64,000 nucleotides of DNA from Microbacterium sp. (GCF_035554235.1 NZ_DATMIO010000177.1:11632-75631), one strand, 5' to 3'; positions 1-9,670 are shown, counted from the first letter of the stretch. Translations and numbers: made by a program. The notes: generated by a model from the sequence alone, not told the origin.

Positions 1-2
1 AC

Positions 3-812
3 AAAACCCCCGCCCAGCTGCGGTCGATGATGGAACCAGGGCTCATCACCGCGGCCGCGCTCGACGCGGTGCGCGCGATGATCGCGCCGGGCGTCACGAC
101 GATCGAACTGGATGCCGCGGCATCCCGGATCATCACCGGCCGCGGTGCGCGATCGAACTTCCAGCTCGTGCGCGGTTATCGCCACACGATCTGCGCCTCG
201 GTCAACGAGCAGGTCGTGCACGGCATCCCCAGCGACCGGGCGCTGCAGCCCGGCGATATCGTCTCGATCGACTGCGGCGCCGAGCGCAGCGGCTGGAACG
301 GCGACTCCGCCGTGACGTTCGTGCTCCCCGACCCCGCGCGGCCGCAGGTCGTCGCCGAGCGCGAGGAGCTCTCCCGCGTGACCGAGGGCTCGCTGTGGGC
401 GGGCATCGCCGCGCTCGCGAGAGCGCGCCATGTGGCGGATGTCGGTGCCGCCGTGCAGGATTACGTCGACGCACAGCCGGGCACCTACGGCATCCTGCGC
501 GACTACGTCGGGCATGGCATCGGGCGCAAGATGCACGAGTCGCCCTCGGTCTTCAACTATCGCGTGCCCGACCCCGGCCCGGAGGTGCGGCCCGGGCTCG
601 TCCTCGCGATCGAGCCCATGGTCGCCGCCGGCGACGAGGCGACGTTCGTCGAGGACGACGGCTGGACGGTCTCGACGCGCGACGGCTCGGCGGGCTCCCA
701 CTGGGAGCACAGCGTGGCCGTGCATGATGACGGAATCTGGGTGCTCACCGCACCCGATGGCGGGGCAGCGGGACTGGCGCCGTTCGGCGTGGTCCCCTCG
801 CCCATTCAATGA
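3..812 (+). CDS. map: Type I methionine aminopeptidase (5' end probably outside window)
   Basis: Motifs SVNEQVVHGIP, SIDCGA, GDSAVT, GHGIG..MHE, AIEPM, HWEHSV; frame open from position 3 (KTPAQLRSM); precedes infA as in other actinobacteria. Confidence 0.95.
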   Translation, partial: KTPAQLRSMMEPGLITAAALDAVRAMIAPGVTTIELDAAASRIITGRGARSNFQLVRGYRHTICASVNEQVVHGIPSDRALQPGDIVSIDCGAERSGWNGDSAVTFVLPDPARPQVVAEREELSRVTEGSLWAGIAALARARHVADVGAAVQDYVDAQPGTYGILRDYVGHGIGRKMHESPSVFNYRVPDPGPEVRPGLVLAIEPMVAAGDEATFVEDDGWTVSTRDGSAGSHWEHSVAVHDDGIWVLTAPDGGAAGLAPFGVVPSPIQ

Positions 813-830
813 CGTGGAGATCGGATAGCA

Positions 831-1514
831 ATGGCAACGGGTGGGCGCAAGACGAACTGGTTCGCGATCTGGGTCAGCGTGGCGGTGGTGGCGGTGCTCG
901 TGGTCGTCGGCGTCGTGGTCGTGGTGCTCAACAACCAGGCGACCGCGCCGGGTGAGCCCCCGCAGTCGGCGAACATCGACGCGAAGACGGGTGCGATCCA
1001 CGTGGGTGACGGGCCGGATGTGGTCGCCACCTATGTCGATTTCATGTGCCCCGTCTGCGGCGCGTTCGAAGAGGCGTACGGCGAGACGCTCGCCGGCCTC
1101 GTGGATGACGGCTCCATCACGCTCGACATCCACCCGATCGCGATCCTTGACTCGAAGTCCCAGGGGACGGCCTTCTCGACGCGCGCCGCGAACGCGATGT
1201 ACTGCGTCGCGGAGTCGTCGCCGGATGCGTCGCTGGCGTTCCTCCAGGAGATGTTCGCCAACCAGCCGCCCGAGCCGTCCGCAGGGCTGACCGACGATCA
1301 GATCATCGCGTTCGCCGAGACCGCCGGCGCGGCCGGCGCGGCCCCCTGTATCGCGGACCAGACGTACGCGAAGTTCGTCACGGCGATGACCCAGTCGACG
1401 CCGCCGGATCCGGCCACAGGCAACATCGGAACGCCCACGGTCGTTGTGAATGGCGAGCGTCTCACCCTGACCGGCGACCCGCAGGTCGACATCGTCGACC
1501 GCCTTCAGGGCTGA
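831..1514 (+). CDS. Membrane-anchored DsbA/thioredoxin-fold protein
   Basis: N-terminal hydrophobic TM segment; YVDFMCPVCGAFE (CxxC); GTPTVVVNG cis-Pro loop. Confidence 0.85.
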   Translation: MATGGRKTNWFAIWVSVAVVAVLVVVGVVVVVLNNQATAPGEPPQSANIDAKTGAIHVGDGPDVVATYVDFMCPVCGAFEEAYGETLAGLVDDGSITLDIHPIAILDSKSQGTAFSTRAANAMYCVAESSPDASLAFLQEMFANQPPEPSAGLTDDQIIAFAETAGAAGAAPCIADQTYAKFVTAMTQSTPPDPATGNIGTPTVVVNGERLTLTGDPQVDIVDRLQG

Positions 1515-1559
1515 GCGGGGCCATCCCTCCGCGATCATGTGAGGGGTTGCGGCAGCGAG

Positions 1560-1602
1560 TTGCCGCGGCATCCACTATCACGTACTATTGATCCTTGGTG
1601 CC
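1560..1602 (+). promoter_or_regulatory. sigmaA-like promoter of infA-rpmJ-rpsM operon
   Basis: TTGCCG (1560-1565), 17 nt, TACTAT (1583-1588), followed by TGATCCTTGGTGCC. Confidence 0.6.
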
Positions 1603-1704
1603 TTGCGCCTCTTTCGGCGTGTCCGCGGTTTCAGCGATCCGGTCGCCCGGCACCACAACCCAACCACCGCAGACCGACCGGTCTGCACAAGCGTTAGCGA
1701 GTGT

Positions 1705-1926
1705 ATGGCGAAGAAAGACGGTGTCATCGAGATCGAAGGCACTATTTCAGAGGCGCTGCCCAACGCGATGTTCCGCGTTGAGCTCACCAATGGACACAAA
1801 GTGCTCGCCACGATCTCCGGCAAGATGCGGCAGAACTACATCCGCATCATCCCCGAAGACCGCGTCGTCGTAGAGCTCAGCCCCTACGACCTCACGCGCG
1901 GTCGCATCGTCTACCGCTACCGCTAG
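1705..1926 (+). CDS. infA: Translation initiation factor IF-1
   Basis: [27 protein letters not shown]...[13 protein letters not shown]; true ATG at 1705 (ORF track start is too far upstream). Confidence 0.98.
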   Translation: MAKKDGVIEIEGTISEALPNAMFRVELTNGHKVLATISGKMRQNYIRIIPEDRVVVELSPYDLTRGRIVYRYR

Positions 1927-2016
1927 ACCGGTCGAGAAGTAACGGCCCGTGATCCGGATGCCGCGGCCCACCGCCGCGCATCCCCACGGGCACGAAGACA
2001 GCGAACAGGAAACATC

Positions 2017-2133
2017 ATGAAGGTAAACCCCAGCGTCAAGCCGATCTGCGATCACTGCAAGGTGATCCGCCGCCACGGCCGCGTGATGGTCATCTGCAAG
2101 TCCAACCCGCGCCACAAGCAGCGCCAGGGTTGA
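2017..2133 (+). CDS. rpmJ: 50S ribosomal protein L36 (Zn-binding form); missing from ORF track
   Basis: [41 protein letters not shown]-like CAGGAA upstream. Confidence 0.97.
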   Translation: MKVNPSVKPICDHCKVIRRHGRVMVICKSNPRHKQRQG

Positions 2134-2178
2134 TTCGAGTCGAATCACGGCGCGAAGCGCCTGATCCGACTCGAATCA
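2131..2178. repeat. Long inverted repeat/hairpin directly after rpmJ
   Basis: TGATTCGAGTCGAATCA (2131-2147) pairs with TGATCCGACTCGAATCA (2162-2178), 1 mismatch; inner GGCGC-GAA-GCGCC stem. Confidence 0.8.
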
Positions 2179-2180
2179 AG

Positions 2181-2212
2181 ATCGAGTAGGCGCGCAGCGC
2201 CGTACCGAGATC
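2181..2212 (+). repeat. GTAG-type REP-like element, copy 1
   Basis: ATCGAGTAG-GCGC-GCA-GCGC-CGTACCGAGAT; same architecture as 2744-2775 and 50544-50573. Confidence 0.7.
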
Positions 2213-2364
2213 TCCCAGCACTTCTCGCACTTCCCTCCACACAACTGAACACACAAGGCAGATTCAGAACCCGCTCTCCCTTCGGAGCGCGGGGGACACC
2301 CCGGGCTGGAGGCCCGGGCACCGATTCTGCTCCACACCTCCACACCACTCCCAGGAGAACCCGC

Positions 2365-2736
2365 ATGGCACGTCTTGCCGGCGTCGACATCCCGCGCGAT
2401 AAGCGCGTGGTCATCGCCCTCACCTACATCTACGGCATCGGCCGGACTCGCTCCGTCGAGATCCTCACCGCCACCGACATCAGCCCCGATGTGCGCGTCA
2501 AGGACCTGAGCGACGACCAGCTCATCGCCCTTCGCGACAACATCGAGACCTACAAGGTGGAGGGTGACCTCCGCCGTGAGGTGGCCGCCGACATCCGCCG
2601 CAAGGTCGAGATCGGCTCCTACGAGGGCATCCGCCACCGTCGCGGCCTCCCGGTGCGCGGTCAGCGCACGAAGACGAACGCTCGCACCCGCAAGGGCCCG
2701 AAGCGCACCGTCGCCGGCAAGAAGAAGGCGCGCTAG
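2365..2736 (+). CDS. rpsM: 30S ribosomal protein S13
   Basis: [26 protein letters not shown]...[18 protein letters not shown]. Confidence 0.99.
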   Translation: MARLAGVDIPRDKRVVIALTYIYGIGRTRSVEILTATDISPDVRVKDLSDDQLIALRDNIETYKVEGDLRREVAADIRRKVEIGSYEGIRHRRGLPVRGQRTKTNARTRKGPKRTVAGKKKAR

Positions 2737-2743
2737 GCGCCTG

Positions 2744-2775
2744 GTTTCGATACGCCGCTTCGCGGCTACTCAACC
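2744..2775 (-). repeat. GTAG-type REP-like element, copy 2
   Basis: + strand GTTTCGATACG-CCGC-TTC-GCGG-CTACTCAAC. Confidence 0.7.
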
Positions 2776-2798
2776 AACGAACATCAGGAGAACCGCAC

Positions 2799-3197
2799 AT
2801 GGCTGCACCCAAGACCGCCGCGCGCAAGCCGCGTCGCAAGGAGAAGAAGAACATCGCGCTGGGCCAGGCCCACATCAAGTCGACGTTCAACAACACGATC
2901 GTCTCGATCACCGACCCGTCCGGCGCTGTGATCAGCTGGGCATCGTCGGGTGGCGTGGGCTTCAAGGGCTCGCGCAAGTCGACGCCCTACGCGGCGGGGA
3001 TGGCCGCCGAGTCGGCCGCCCGTCAGGCGCAGGAGCACGGTGTCAAGAAGGTCGACGTCTTCGTCAAGGGCCCGGGTTCGGGCCGCGAGACGGCGATCCG
3101 CTCGCTTCAGGCCGCCGGCCTCGAGGTGGGCTCGATCAACGATGTGACGCCGCAGGCGCACAACGGCTGCCGTCCCCCCAAGCGCCGCCGCGTCTAG
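2799..3197 (+). CDS. rpsK: 30S ribosomal protein S11
   Basis: [41 protein letters not shown]. Confidence 0.99.
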   Translation: MAAPKTAARKPRRKEKKNIALGQAHIKSTFNNTIVSITDPSGAVISWASSGGVGFKGSRKSTPYAAGMAAESAARQAQEHGVKKVDVFVKGPGSGRETAIRSLQAAGLEVGSINDVTPQAHNGCRPPKRRRV

Positions 3198-3201
3198 TCT
3201 C

Positions 3202-3301
3202 CGGGTGAGGGCGTCGGATGACGCCCTCACCCGCGGGCCTGCGCACGCCGGTCGCGAAGCGACCACTCAGACATTCCGGATGCCTCGACACGAGGCATCC
3301 G
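3202..3301. repeat. Three consecutive perfect hairpins in rpsK-rpoA spacer
   Basis: CGGGTGAGGGCGTC-ggat-GACGCCCTCACCCG (3202-3233); GGTCGC-gaa-GCGACC (3250-3264); CGGATGCCTCG-aca-CGAGGCATCCG (3277-3301). Confidence 0.85.
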
Positions 3302-3371
3302 TCGACGACAACTCAACACCTCACATCACGCAAGTGTCATATAGCGGGCACTTGATCGAAAGGAACCCATA

Positions 3372-4361
3372 GTGCTGATCGCACAGCGTCCCACACTCAC
3401 CGAGGAAAAGATCGCGGAGTTCCGCAGCCGGTTCATCATCGAACCGCTGGAGCCCGGCTTCGGCTACACGATCGGGAACGCGCTTCGTCGCAGCCTCCTG
3501 TCGTCGATCCCCGGTGCAGCCGTCACCAGCATCCGCATCGATGGCGTGCTGCACGAGTTCAGCACCATCCCGGGTGTGAAGGAGGATGTCACCGAGATCA
3601 TCCTCAACATCAAGCAGCTCGTCGTCTCGAGCGAGCGCGATGAGCCCATCACGGCGTACCTGCGCAAGACGGGCGCCGGCGAGGTCACGGCGGCCGACAT
3701 CTCGGCCCCCGCGGGCGTCGAGGTGCACAACCCCGACCTCGTCATCGCGACGCTGAACGACTCGGCGAAGTTCGAGCTCGAGCTCACGATCGAGCGCGGT
3801 CGCGGCTACGTCTCCGCGACGCAGAACCGCAACGAGTACGCCGAGGCGGGTCAGATCCCGATCGACTCGATCTACTCGCCCGTGCTCAAGGTCAGCTACC
3901 GCGTCGACGCGACGCGTGCCGGTGAGCGCACCGACTTCGACAAGCTCGTGCTGGACGTCGAAAGCAAGTCCTCGATCAGCCCGCGCGACGCCGTCGCGTC
4001 GGCCGGCCGCACCCTGACGGAGCTCTTCGGCCTCGCCCGCGAGCTCAACGTCGAGGCGGAGGGCATCGAGATCGGCCCGGCGCCGGTCGAAACGGTGCTC
4101 ACCAACGAGCTGTCGATGCCGATCGAGGACCTCGACCTGTCGGTCCGCTCGTACAACTGCCTCAAGCGCGAGGGCATCAACACGGTCAGCGAGCTCGTCG
4201 CTCTCTCGGAGACGCAGCTCATGAACATCCGCAACTTCGGTCAGAAGTCCGTGGACGAGGTGCGCGACAAGCTCATCTCGCTCGGTCTGTCGCTCAAGGA
4301 TTCGGTGCCCGGCTTCGACGGCGCCCACTTCTACGGCGGCTACGACGACGAGACCGTCTGA
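3372..4361 (+). CDS. rpoA: RNA polymerase alpha subunit
   Basis: [34 protein letters not shown], alpha[20 protein letters not shown]. Confidence 0.99.
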   Translation: MLIAQRPTLTEEKIAEFRSRFIIEPLEPGFGYTIGNALRRSLLSSIPGAAVTSIRIDGVLHEFSTIPGVKEDVTEIILNIKQLVVSSERDEPITAYLRKTGAGEVTAADISAPAGVEVHNPDLVIATLNDSAKFELELTIERGRGYVSATQNRNEYAEAGQIPIDSIYSPVLKVSYRVDATRAGERTDFDKLVLDVESKSSISPRDAVASAGRTLTELFGLARELNVEAEGIEIGPAPVETVLTNELSMPIEDLDLSVRSYNCLKREGINTVSELVALSETQLMNIRNFGQKSVDEVRDKLISLGLSLKDSVPGFDGAHFYGGYDDETV

Positions 4362-4398
4362 GCCCCTCTTCCCCCTTTGATCCTGGAGACATCCGAAA

Positions 4399-4992
4399 AT
4401 GCCTAAGCCCACGAAGGGTCCCCGCCTCGGAGGCGGCCCCGCACACGAGCGCCTGCTGCTTGCGAACCTCGCCGCTGCCCTCTTCACGCACCGCTCGATC
4501 ACGACGACGGAGACCAAGGCCAAGCGCCTGCGTCCCCTGGCCGAGCGACTGATCACCTTCGGCAAGCGCGGCGACCTGCACGCGCGTCGTCGCGTGCTCT
4601 CGGTGATCGGCGACAAGGAGGTCGTGCACGTTCTCTTCACCGAGATCGCGCCGCTCGTCGCCGACCGTGAGGGTGGCTACACGCGCATCACGAAGGTCGG
4701 CAACCGCAAGGGGGACAACGCACCGATGGCCGTCATCGAGCTCGTGCTCGAGCCGGTCAAGCCGAAGGCAAAGCGCCGTGCTGAGCCCGCCGACGGGTCC
4801 GCCAAGAAGGCCGCCGCTGCCGCGCCGGCCGAGGTCGTCGAGGAGGAGCCGGCCGTCGATGCCGAGGCCGCCTCGGAAGAGGCCGCCGCGCCGGACGAGG
4901 CGGCCGCGACGGATGAGGCCGCTGGGTCGGACGAGGCCGCCACGTCGGATGAGGCGACCGCGTCGGCCGACGCCGAGGCCAAGTCGGAGTAG
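4399..4992 (+). CDS. rplQ: 50S ribosomal protein L17 with long Ala/Glu/Asp-rich repetitive C-terminal tail
   Basis: [46 protein letters not shown]; tail has five 18-bp units [30 protein letters not shown] (4879-4968). Confidence 0.98.
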   Translation: MPKPTKGPRLGGGPAHERLLLANLAAALFTHRSITTTETKAKRLRPLAERLITFGKRGDLHARRRVLSVIGDKEVVHVLFTEIAPLVADREGGYTRITKVGNRKGDNAPMAVIELVLEPVKPKAKRRAEPADGSAKKAAAAAPAEVVEEEPAVDAEAASEEAAAPDEAAATDEAAGSDEAATSDEATASADAEAKSE

Positions 4993-5025
4993 TCCGATCG
5001 CGTCGAGAGGCGCACCCGTACCACC

Positions 5026-5069
5026 GCGAAACCCGCGGCCACGCCTGACGGCGAGGCCGCGGGTTTCGC
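5026..5069 (+). terminator. Probable intrinsic terminator of the rpoA-rplQ operon
   Basis: GCGAAACCCGCGGCC (5026-5040) / GGCCGCGGGTTTCGC (5055-5069) stem with inner CGCC/GGCG stem. Confidence 0.7.
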
Positions 5070-5140
5070 CGTTCCCCCGCCGGCTCGGATTTCGCCGTTC
5101 CCCCTGACGCCTCGGGTTTCGCCGTTCCCCCGCCGGCCTC
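5061..5140. repeat. Tandem repeat, 3 x 26-27 bp
   Basis: GG(G/A)TTTCGCCGTTCCCCC... units at 5061, 5087, 5114; first unit is the 3' arm of the terminator. Confidence 0.9.
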
Positions 5141-5153
5141 GGGTCCTGGCCAG

Positions 5154-5252
5154 TGCGCATAACTCCTGCAATCCGCGATGCGCGGCCCTTGGCGCCCGCG
5201 GAACGGCGGCGGCCGGGGCGGGATCGGCCTGTGAATGCAGGAGTTGTGCGCG
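5154..5252. repeat. REPIN-like inverted-repeat doublet left of DUF559 gene
   Basis: TGCGCATAACTCCTGCA (5154-5170) and inverted TGCAGGAGTTGTGCGCG (5236-5252), 65-nt spacer. Confidence 0.85.
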
Positions 5253-5393
5253 CGAGTGTTCGCCGGCCCCCATATCTCGTGCCGCCGGCTCCTCCAGGTG
5301 ACCATCTCCTCCACAGATCGGGTGGCCCGGCGGAGGTTCACAGATATCGATGGTCGCGGTCTGCGGGTGTGAGCAACCTGTCACGGTCCGTCT

Positions 5394-6284
5394 ATGGGAT
5401 CAGCCGCAGCACTCGCCAAGAGCATCGATGAACGGGTCCTCACCCGAGCCGACCTTCTCGCGATGGGCATGCGGCCCAGGCAGATCACCACGGCGGTCCG
5501 GTCCGGGAGGCTCACGCGTCTCCGCCGCGATCGGTATGTCGCCGCGACCGTCGACGACGGATCCGACGTCGCGGTGAGGGTCGGGGGGAGATTGACCTGC
5601 GTCAGCGCGGTGGCGACTACGGGCGCGTTCGTGATGGAAGATTCTCGGACGCACGTGCACGTCGACCGTGCGATGTCGCGTCTGCGCTCTCCGCACGCGA
5701 ACGCCAGGGTGAAACGCTGGCTTCGGGGCCGCGACGATCGGAGCGTCCGCCTGCACTGGGGGCACCTCCGCGACCCGGCGGAAGCGCGGCACGTCGTGTC
5801 GTTGCGCGACGCCCTGATGACGCTGATCAGGTGTCAGCCGGCGCGAGCAGTGGTCGCGACCCTCGACAACCTTCTGTTCCTCGCCGTCATTACGATGGAC
5901 GAGTTGCGGGATGTCTTCGCCGCGCTCCCCGCGCGCTACGACGTGCTGCTGCGACTCGTGGACGGGCGCTGCGAGTCGGGACCCGAGTCTCTCCTACGCC
6001 TGACGCTCCGACAGATGGGGCTTCGATTCGAGGTGCAGGCGGAGATCGATGGTGTCGGCCGCGTGGACTTCCTGGTCGAGGGCTGCCTGATAATCGAGTG
6101 CGACAGCAAGGCCTTTCACGAAGGATGGGCGGCGCAGAAGCGCGACAGGCGGCGGGATCTCGCGGCGGCATCACGTGGGTTGATGACGCTGCGCCTCCTC
6201 GCAGAGGACATCATGTACCACCCTGGAGTGATCGCGCCTGCCATCCGTGAGCTGCTCGCCGCACACGTGCACTGCCGGGTCTAG
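5394..6284 (+). CDS. AbiEi-like N-terminal wHTH + DUF559/Vsr-like PD-(D/E)xK endonuclease domain protein
   Basis: N-term LTRADLLAMGM..ITTAVRSGRLTRLRRDRY; C-term ESGPESLLR..GRVDFLVEGCLIIECDSKAFH..RDRRRD..GLMTLR. Confidence 0.8.
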   Translation: MGSAAALAKSIDERVLTRADLLAMGMRPRQITTAVRSGRLTRLRRDRYVAATVDDGSDVAVRVGGRLTCVSAVATTGAFVMEDSRTHVHVDRAMSRLRSPHANARVKRWLRGRDDRSVRLHWGHLRDPAEARHVVSLRDALMTLIRCQPARAVVATLDNLLFLAVITMDELRDVFAALPARYDVLLRLVDGRCESGPESLLRLTLRQMGLRFEVQAEIDGVGRVDFLVEGCLIIECDSKAFHEGWAAQKRDRRRDLAAASRGLMTLRLLAEDIMYHPGVIAPAIRELLAAHVHCRV

Positions 6285-6323
6285 GTCGCTCGTTCGAGTG
6301 GCTGGCTCTCCGTGTTGACGAGA

Positions 6324-6423
6324 TGCGCACAACTCCTGCATTCCGCGCGGCGGCGCGGCGCGGGTCGGCACGTTTCCGCACATTGAGTGGTGGGCTGGCT
6401 CCGGTTTGCAGGAGTTATGCGCA
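6324..6423. repeat. REPIN-like inverted-repeat doublet right of DUF559 gene
   Basis: TGCGCACAACTCCTGCA (6324-6340) and inverted TGCAGGAGTTATGCGCA (6407-6423), 66-nt spacer. Confidence 0.85.
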
Positions 6424-6454
6424 CGGGAAATCGCGGTCTGGCTAGGCTGGGCCG

Positions 6455-7531
6455 GTGAGCGAGACCGAGCTGCCGCCCCTCGACGAGCGGATCACCGCAC
6501 CCGCGCGGCCGACCGTGCCCGAACACCCGGATGTGGCGGTGTGGAGGCCCGCGGCCGAGGCCGACATCGACGCCCTCATGGTGCTGGCGCGGGCCATGGA
6601 CCGCGCCGACCACCCGACCTGGGTGACGGCACGCGAAGAGGTCGCCGATCAGTTCGACACCCCCTACCTCGATCCCGCGACCGACTCGCTCGTGGGACTG
6701 GATGCCGACGGCAGGGCGGTCGCGACCGCCTGGGCGAGCCTCGCCCCCGGCCGCGAGACCCGGGTGCAGGCCTACGCCATGGGCGGCGTGCATCCCGAAC
6801 TGCGCGCGCGGGGGATCGGCCGGCAGGTTCTGCGCTGGTCGGCCGAGCGGTGCCTGCAGCTGATGGCGGCAACGCGCAGCACGCTGCCCGCCTGGCTCCT
6901 GGTGTATGCGGATGAACCCAACACGGCGGCGATCCGGCTCGCGGAGCGCCGGGGGATGAGGATCGAGCGCTATTTCGCCGGAATGGCGCGACCGCTGTCC
7001 GATCCGATTCCCGACATCGCCATCGCGGAGAACATGCGCGTCGTGGCATATGCGCCTGAGTTCGCTGATGCCGCCCGGTTCGCGCGGAACGATGCCTTTC
7101 GTGATCACTGGGGCAGTCAGCCGAGCGCACCCGAGCGCTGGCAGCAGTTCGTGGGCGGCGAGCTGTTCCGCGGCGATCTGTCGTTCGTCATCGTCGAGAA
7201 CGTGGATGCCGGTGCACCCGGTGCGACGGACGCGCTCGGCGATCCCGTGCGCGTCGTCGCGTTCGCACTGGGCTCCGTGAACGAGGAGGACTGGGCCGCC
7301 CAGGGATTCTCGAGCGTCTACATCGACCTGATCGGTGTGGTTCGCGACCGGCGCGGACAGCGTCTGGCTCCCGCCGTGATCGCGGCCCTGTTGCGGGCCG
7401 CGCGCGACGCCGGGCTCGAGCGGGCGATCCTCGACGTCGACACCGCGAGCCCGACAGGCGCCAACACGCTGTACGAGGGGATGGGGTTCTCCGCCGTCGA
7501 GCGATCCGTCGCCCTCGTCGAGGAGTTCTGA
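6455..7531 (+). CDS. Tandem-domain GNAT family N-acetyltransferase
   Basis: Two acetyl-CoA motifs: GGVHPELRARGIGRQVL and IGVVRDRRGQRLA; LYEGMGF; leaderless-type TAGGCT-N6-GTG start. Confidence 0.85.
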   Translation: MSETELPPLDERITAPARPTVPEHPDVAVWRPAAEADIDALMVLARAMDRADHPTWVTAREEVADQFDTPYLDPATDSLVGLDADGRAVATAWASLAPGRETRVQAYAMGGVHPELRARGIGRQVLRWSAERCLQLMAATRSTLPAWLLVYADEPNTAAIRLAERRGMRIERYFAGMARPLSDPIPDIAIAENMRVVAYAPEFADAARFARNDAFRDHWGSQPSAPERWQQFVGGELFRGDLSFVIVENVDAGAPGATDALGDPVRVVAFALGSVNEEDWAAQGFSSVYIDLIGVVRDRRGQRLAPAVIAALLRAARDAGLERAILDVDTASPTGANTLYEGMGFSAVERSVALVEEF

Positions 7532-7568
7532 CGTTCCACGACGCCCATGCCGCGCGCCCCGCGCCCGG

Positions 7569-9503
7569 CTACGGCGATGTCGTGCCTCGGAGCTTCTCCG
7601 CGACCCCCAGGGCGAAGACCTCGCGTGCGCGCGCGTGCTCGGCACGCTCGTACTCGATCCTCTGCACGGTCGTATCGATCGCCTGGGCGAAGACATCCCC
7701 ACCACCCTGAGTGGGGTGGATGCGATCGCCGGCCAGCAGATCTTCGTGCCCGGCGATCGCGGTCGCCCAATCCGCGACCGCGACGCCCTGATGCGTCGTT
7801 GCAAAGGCGAGCAGATCGGCGTTGACGCCGGCGATCCAATCGCGCGGGGCATGCGCGTTCACGAGCACGAGGTGGCGGTCGGGGCCGACGATGCGCGCCA
7901 TCTCTTCGAGGGATTCGGCGTTCACCGGTCCGTTGGTGCCCAGGGCGACGACGACGTAGGGGCGCAGCTGCCCGCTGTCGGCGAGCCCGCGGATGATGTC
8001 GGGCCCGGCCCAGATCGACCGCGAGACCGCCGCGTCGATTGCTATGCCCGGGAATCTCTGCATCAGTGCGGGGGTGGCGGCCAGCATCACGGAGTCACCG
8101 ACTGCACTGATCTCCGCCCCCGTGACCGGCGTCGGCGACGCGGACGGAGCACCGGCGGCGGAAGGCGAAGCCGCGAGGGGCACAGGCGGAGGGGCAGGGG
8201 CCGCGGGCGATTCTGCGGCCTCGAGCGCGGCCTGCCCGGCAGCGATGGAGGACTCGGCGGATGTCTCGGCCGGCGCCGCCGCGATGGCCGCCGTCGTTCC
8301 GCCCACCCCGAGCGCCGCGATCGCGACGAGCGCGAGCGCGGCCAGGCGACTGCGCGGTGTGCCCGCCAGTCCCCGGCCGACGGCACCCGCGATGGCGCGG
8401 AACCCGCGACGGCGGAAGGGCATTTCGACGATCCGATACGAGAGGGTCGCCGCGATGAAGGTCAGGGCGAGCGCCGCGAGCGAGACGCCGAGCGGTACGC
8501 CCGCCTCGGGACCGCTTCCCTCCAGGCCCGCCATGAGAAGCACGAGGAGTGGCCAGTGCCACAGGTAGATGCCGTACGAGCGATCGCCGACCCACTTGAG
8601 CAGGGGGTTGTCGAGGGCGCGTCCGAACCACGACCCGGGCCACACGCCGCAGAAGATGGCGAGCGCCGAGAGCAGGCTCGCGGCCAGCAGGGCGCCGGGG
8701 AAGGTGGCCGTCGCATCGGCCGGAGTGAGGCACGCCACGACGAGCAGCCCGAGGAGGGCTGCGGCCCCGACGACGACGATCAGACGCCGCACGGCATGCT
8801 TCGTCATCCAGGCCCGGCGCGGCATCCTGGCCACCATGAAGGCGAGCGCGACGCCGATCAGGATGCCGAAGGCATGGGTGTCGGTTCCGAAGTACGCGCG
8901 CGTGAGGTCGCCGCCGCCACCCACCACGGCGGCCATCAGGGCGGCCGATCCGGCCGCGGCCGCGAGCGCCACGAGCACGCGCACCCACACCGCACGGATC
9001 ACGAGCACGAGCGGCAGCGCGAGCGGCCAGAGCACGTAGAACTGCTCCTCGACCGCGAGCGACCACAGATTGCGGAACAGCTCGGGCGCTGTCGCGCTGA
9101 AGTAGTCCGCACCGACGGCCATCGACACCCAGTTGTAGCTGAACGTCAGCGCACCGACGACCTGCCGCCCGAGATCCACGAGCACATCACCGCCGATGAG
9201 CCACGCGACCGTGCAGCACACGGCCAGCAGCAGGCCGAGGGCCGGGAGGAGCCGGCGTGCGCGGCGTCGCCAGAAGTCGGCGAGCCCCGGACCCGTGCCC
9301 AGCGCGGCCTCGGGGCGCATCAGGAGCGAGGTGATCAGGAACCCGCTGATCACGAAGAAGACATCGACGCCGAGGAAGCCGCTCGCGAACCACCAGCCGG
9401 GGAACAGGTGGTAGGCAACGACGACGGCGACGGCGATTGCGCGCATGCCGTCCAGACCCGCGTAGCGGGTCTGGGGCTGGGTGGTTGCGGCGAGGTGGGT
9501 CAT
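7569..9503 (-). CDS. OafA/YrhL-type acyltransferase-3 with C-terminal SGNH domain
   Basis: GLDGMRAIAV, GVDVFFVISGFLI, RRARRLLP, NLWSLAVEEQFY, SYGIYLWHWP; C-term VGDSVM, GTNG, DRIHP; real start MTHLAA at 9503. Confidence 0.9.
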   Translation of the reverse strand: MTHLAATTQPQTRYAGLDGMRAIAVAVVVAYHLFPGWWFASGFLGVDVFFVISGFLITSLLMRPEAALGTGPGLADFWRRRARRLLPALGLLLAVCCTVAWLIGGDVLVDLGRQVVGALTFSYNWVSMAVGADYFSATAPELFRNLWSLAVEEQFYVLWPLALPLVLVIRAVWVRVLVALAAAAGSAALMAAVVGGGGDLTRAYFGTDTHAFGILIGVALAFMVARMPRRAWMTKHAVRRLIVVVGAAALLGLLVVACLTPADATATFPGALLAASLLSALAIFCGVWPGSWFGRALDNPLLKWVGDRSYGIYLWHWPLLVLLMAGLEGSGPEAGVPLGVSLAALALTFIAATLSYRIVEMPFRRRGFRAIAGAVGRGLAGTPRSRLAALALVAIAALGVGGTTAAIAAAPAETSAESSIAAGQAALEAAESPAAPAPPPVPLAASPSAAGAPSASPTPVTGAEISAVGDSVMLAATPALMQRFPGIAIDAAVSRSIWAGPDIIRGLADSGQLRPYVVVALGTNGPVNAESLEEMARIVGPDRHLVLVNAHAPRDWIAGVNADLLAFATTHQGVAVADWATAIAGHEDLLAGDRIHPTQGGGDVFAQAIDTTVQRIEYERAEHARAREVFALGVAEKLRGTTSP

Positions 9504-9670
9504 GGGAGACGGCGCCCGTGAAAACGCGGGCCGGTGAAGGCGGAGGAGGGGGATGCCGCGTCGGACGCCGTACCAGTGTACGAGCGGTCGGCGGCATCCG
9601 ATGCATCGTGAGCGTGCCCGTCGAGGTGCCCGTCGAGGTGCTCGGCTGACGCGCTCGGTAGGCTGGGCCT

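Noticed and set aside
5394-7531. Type IV AbiE toxin-antitoxin pair, or antitoxin plus GNAT toxin
   Set aside because: No AbiEii nucleotidyltransferase is adjacent; the GNAT is a 358-aa two-domain enzyme with its own promoter, unlike small GNAT toxins
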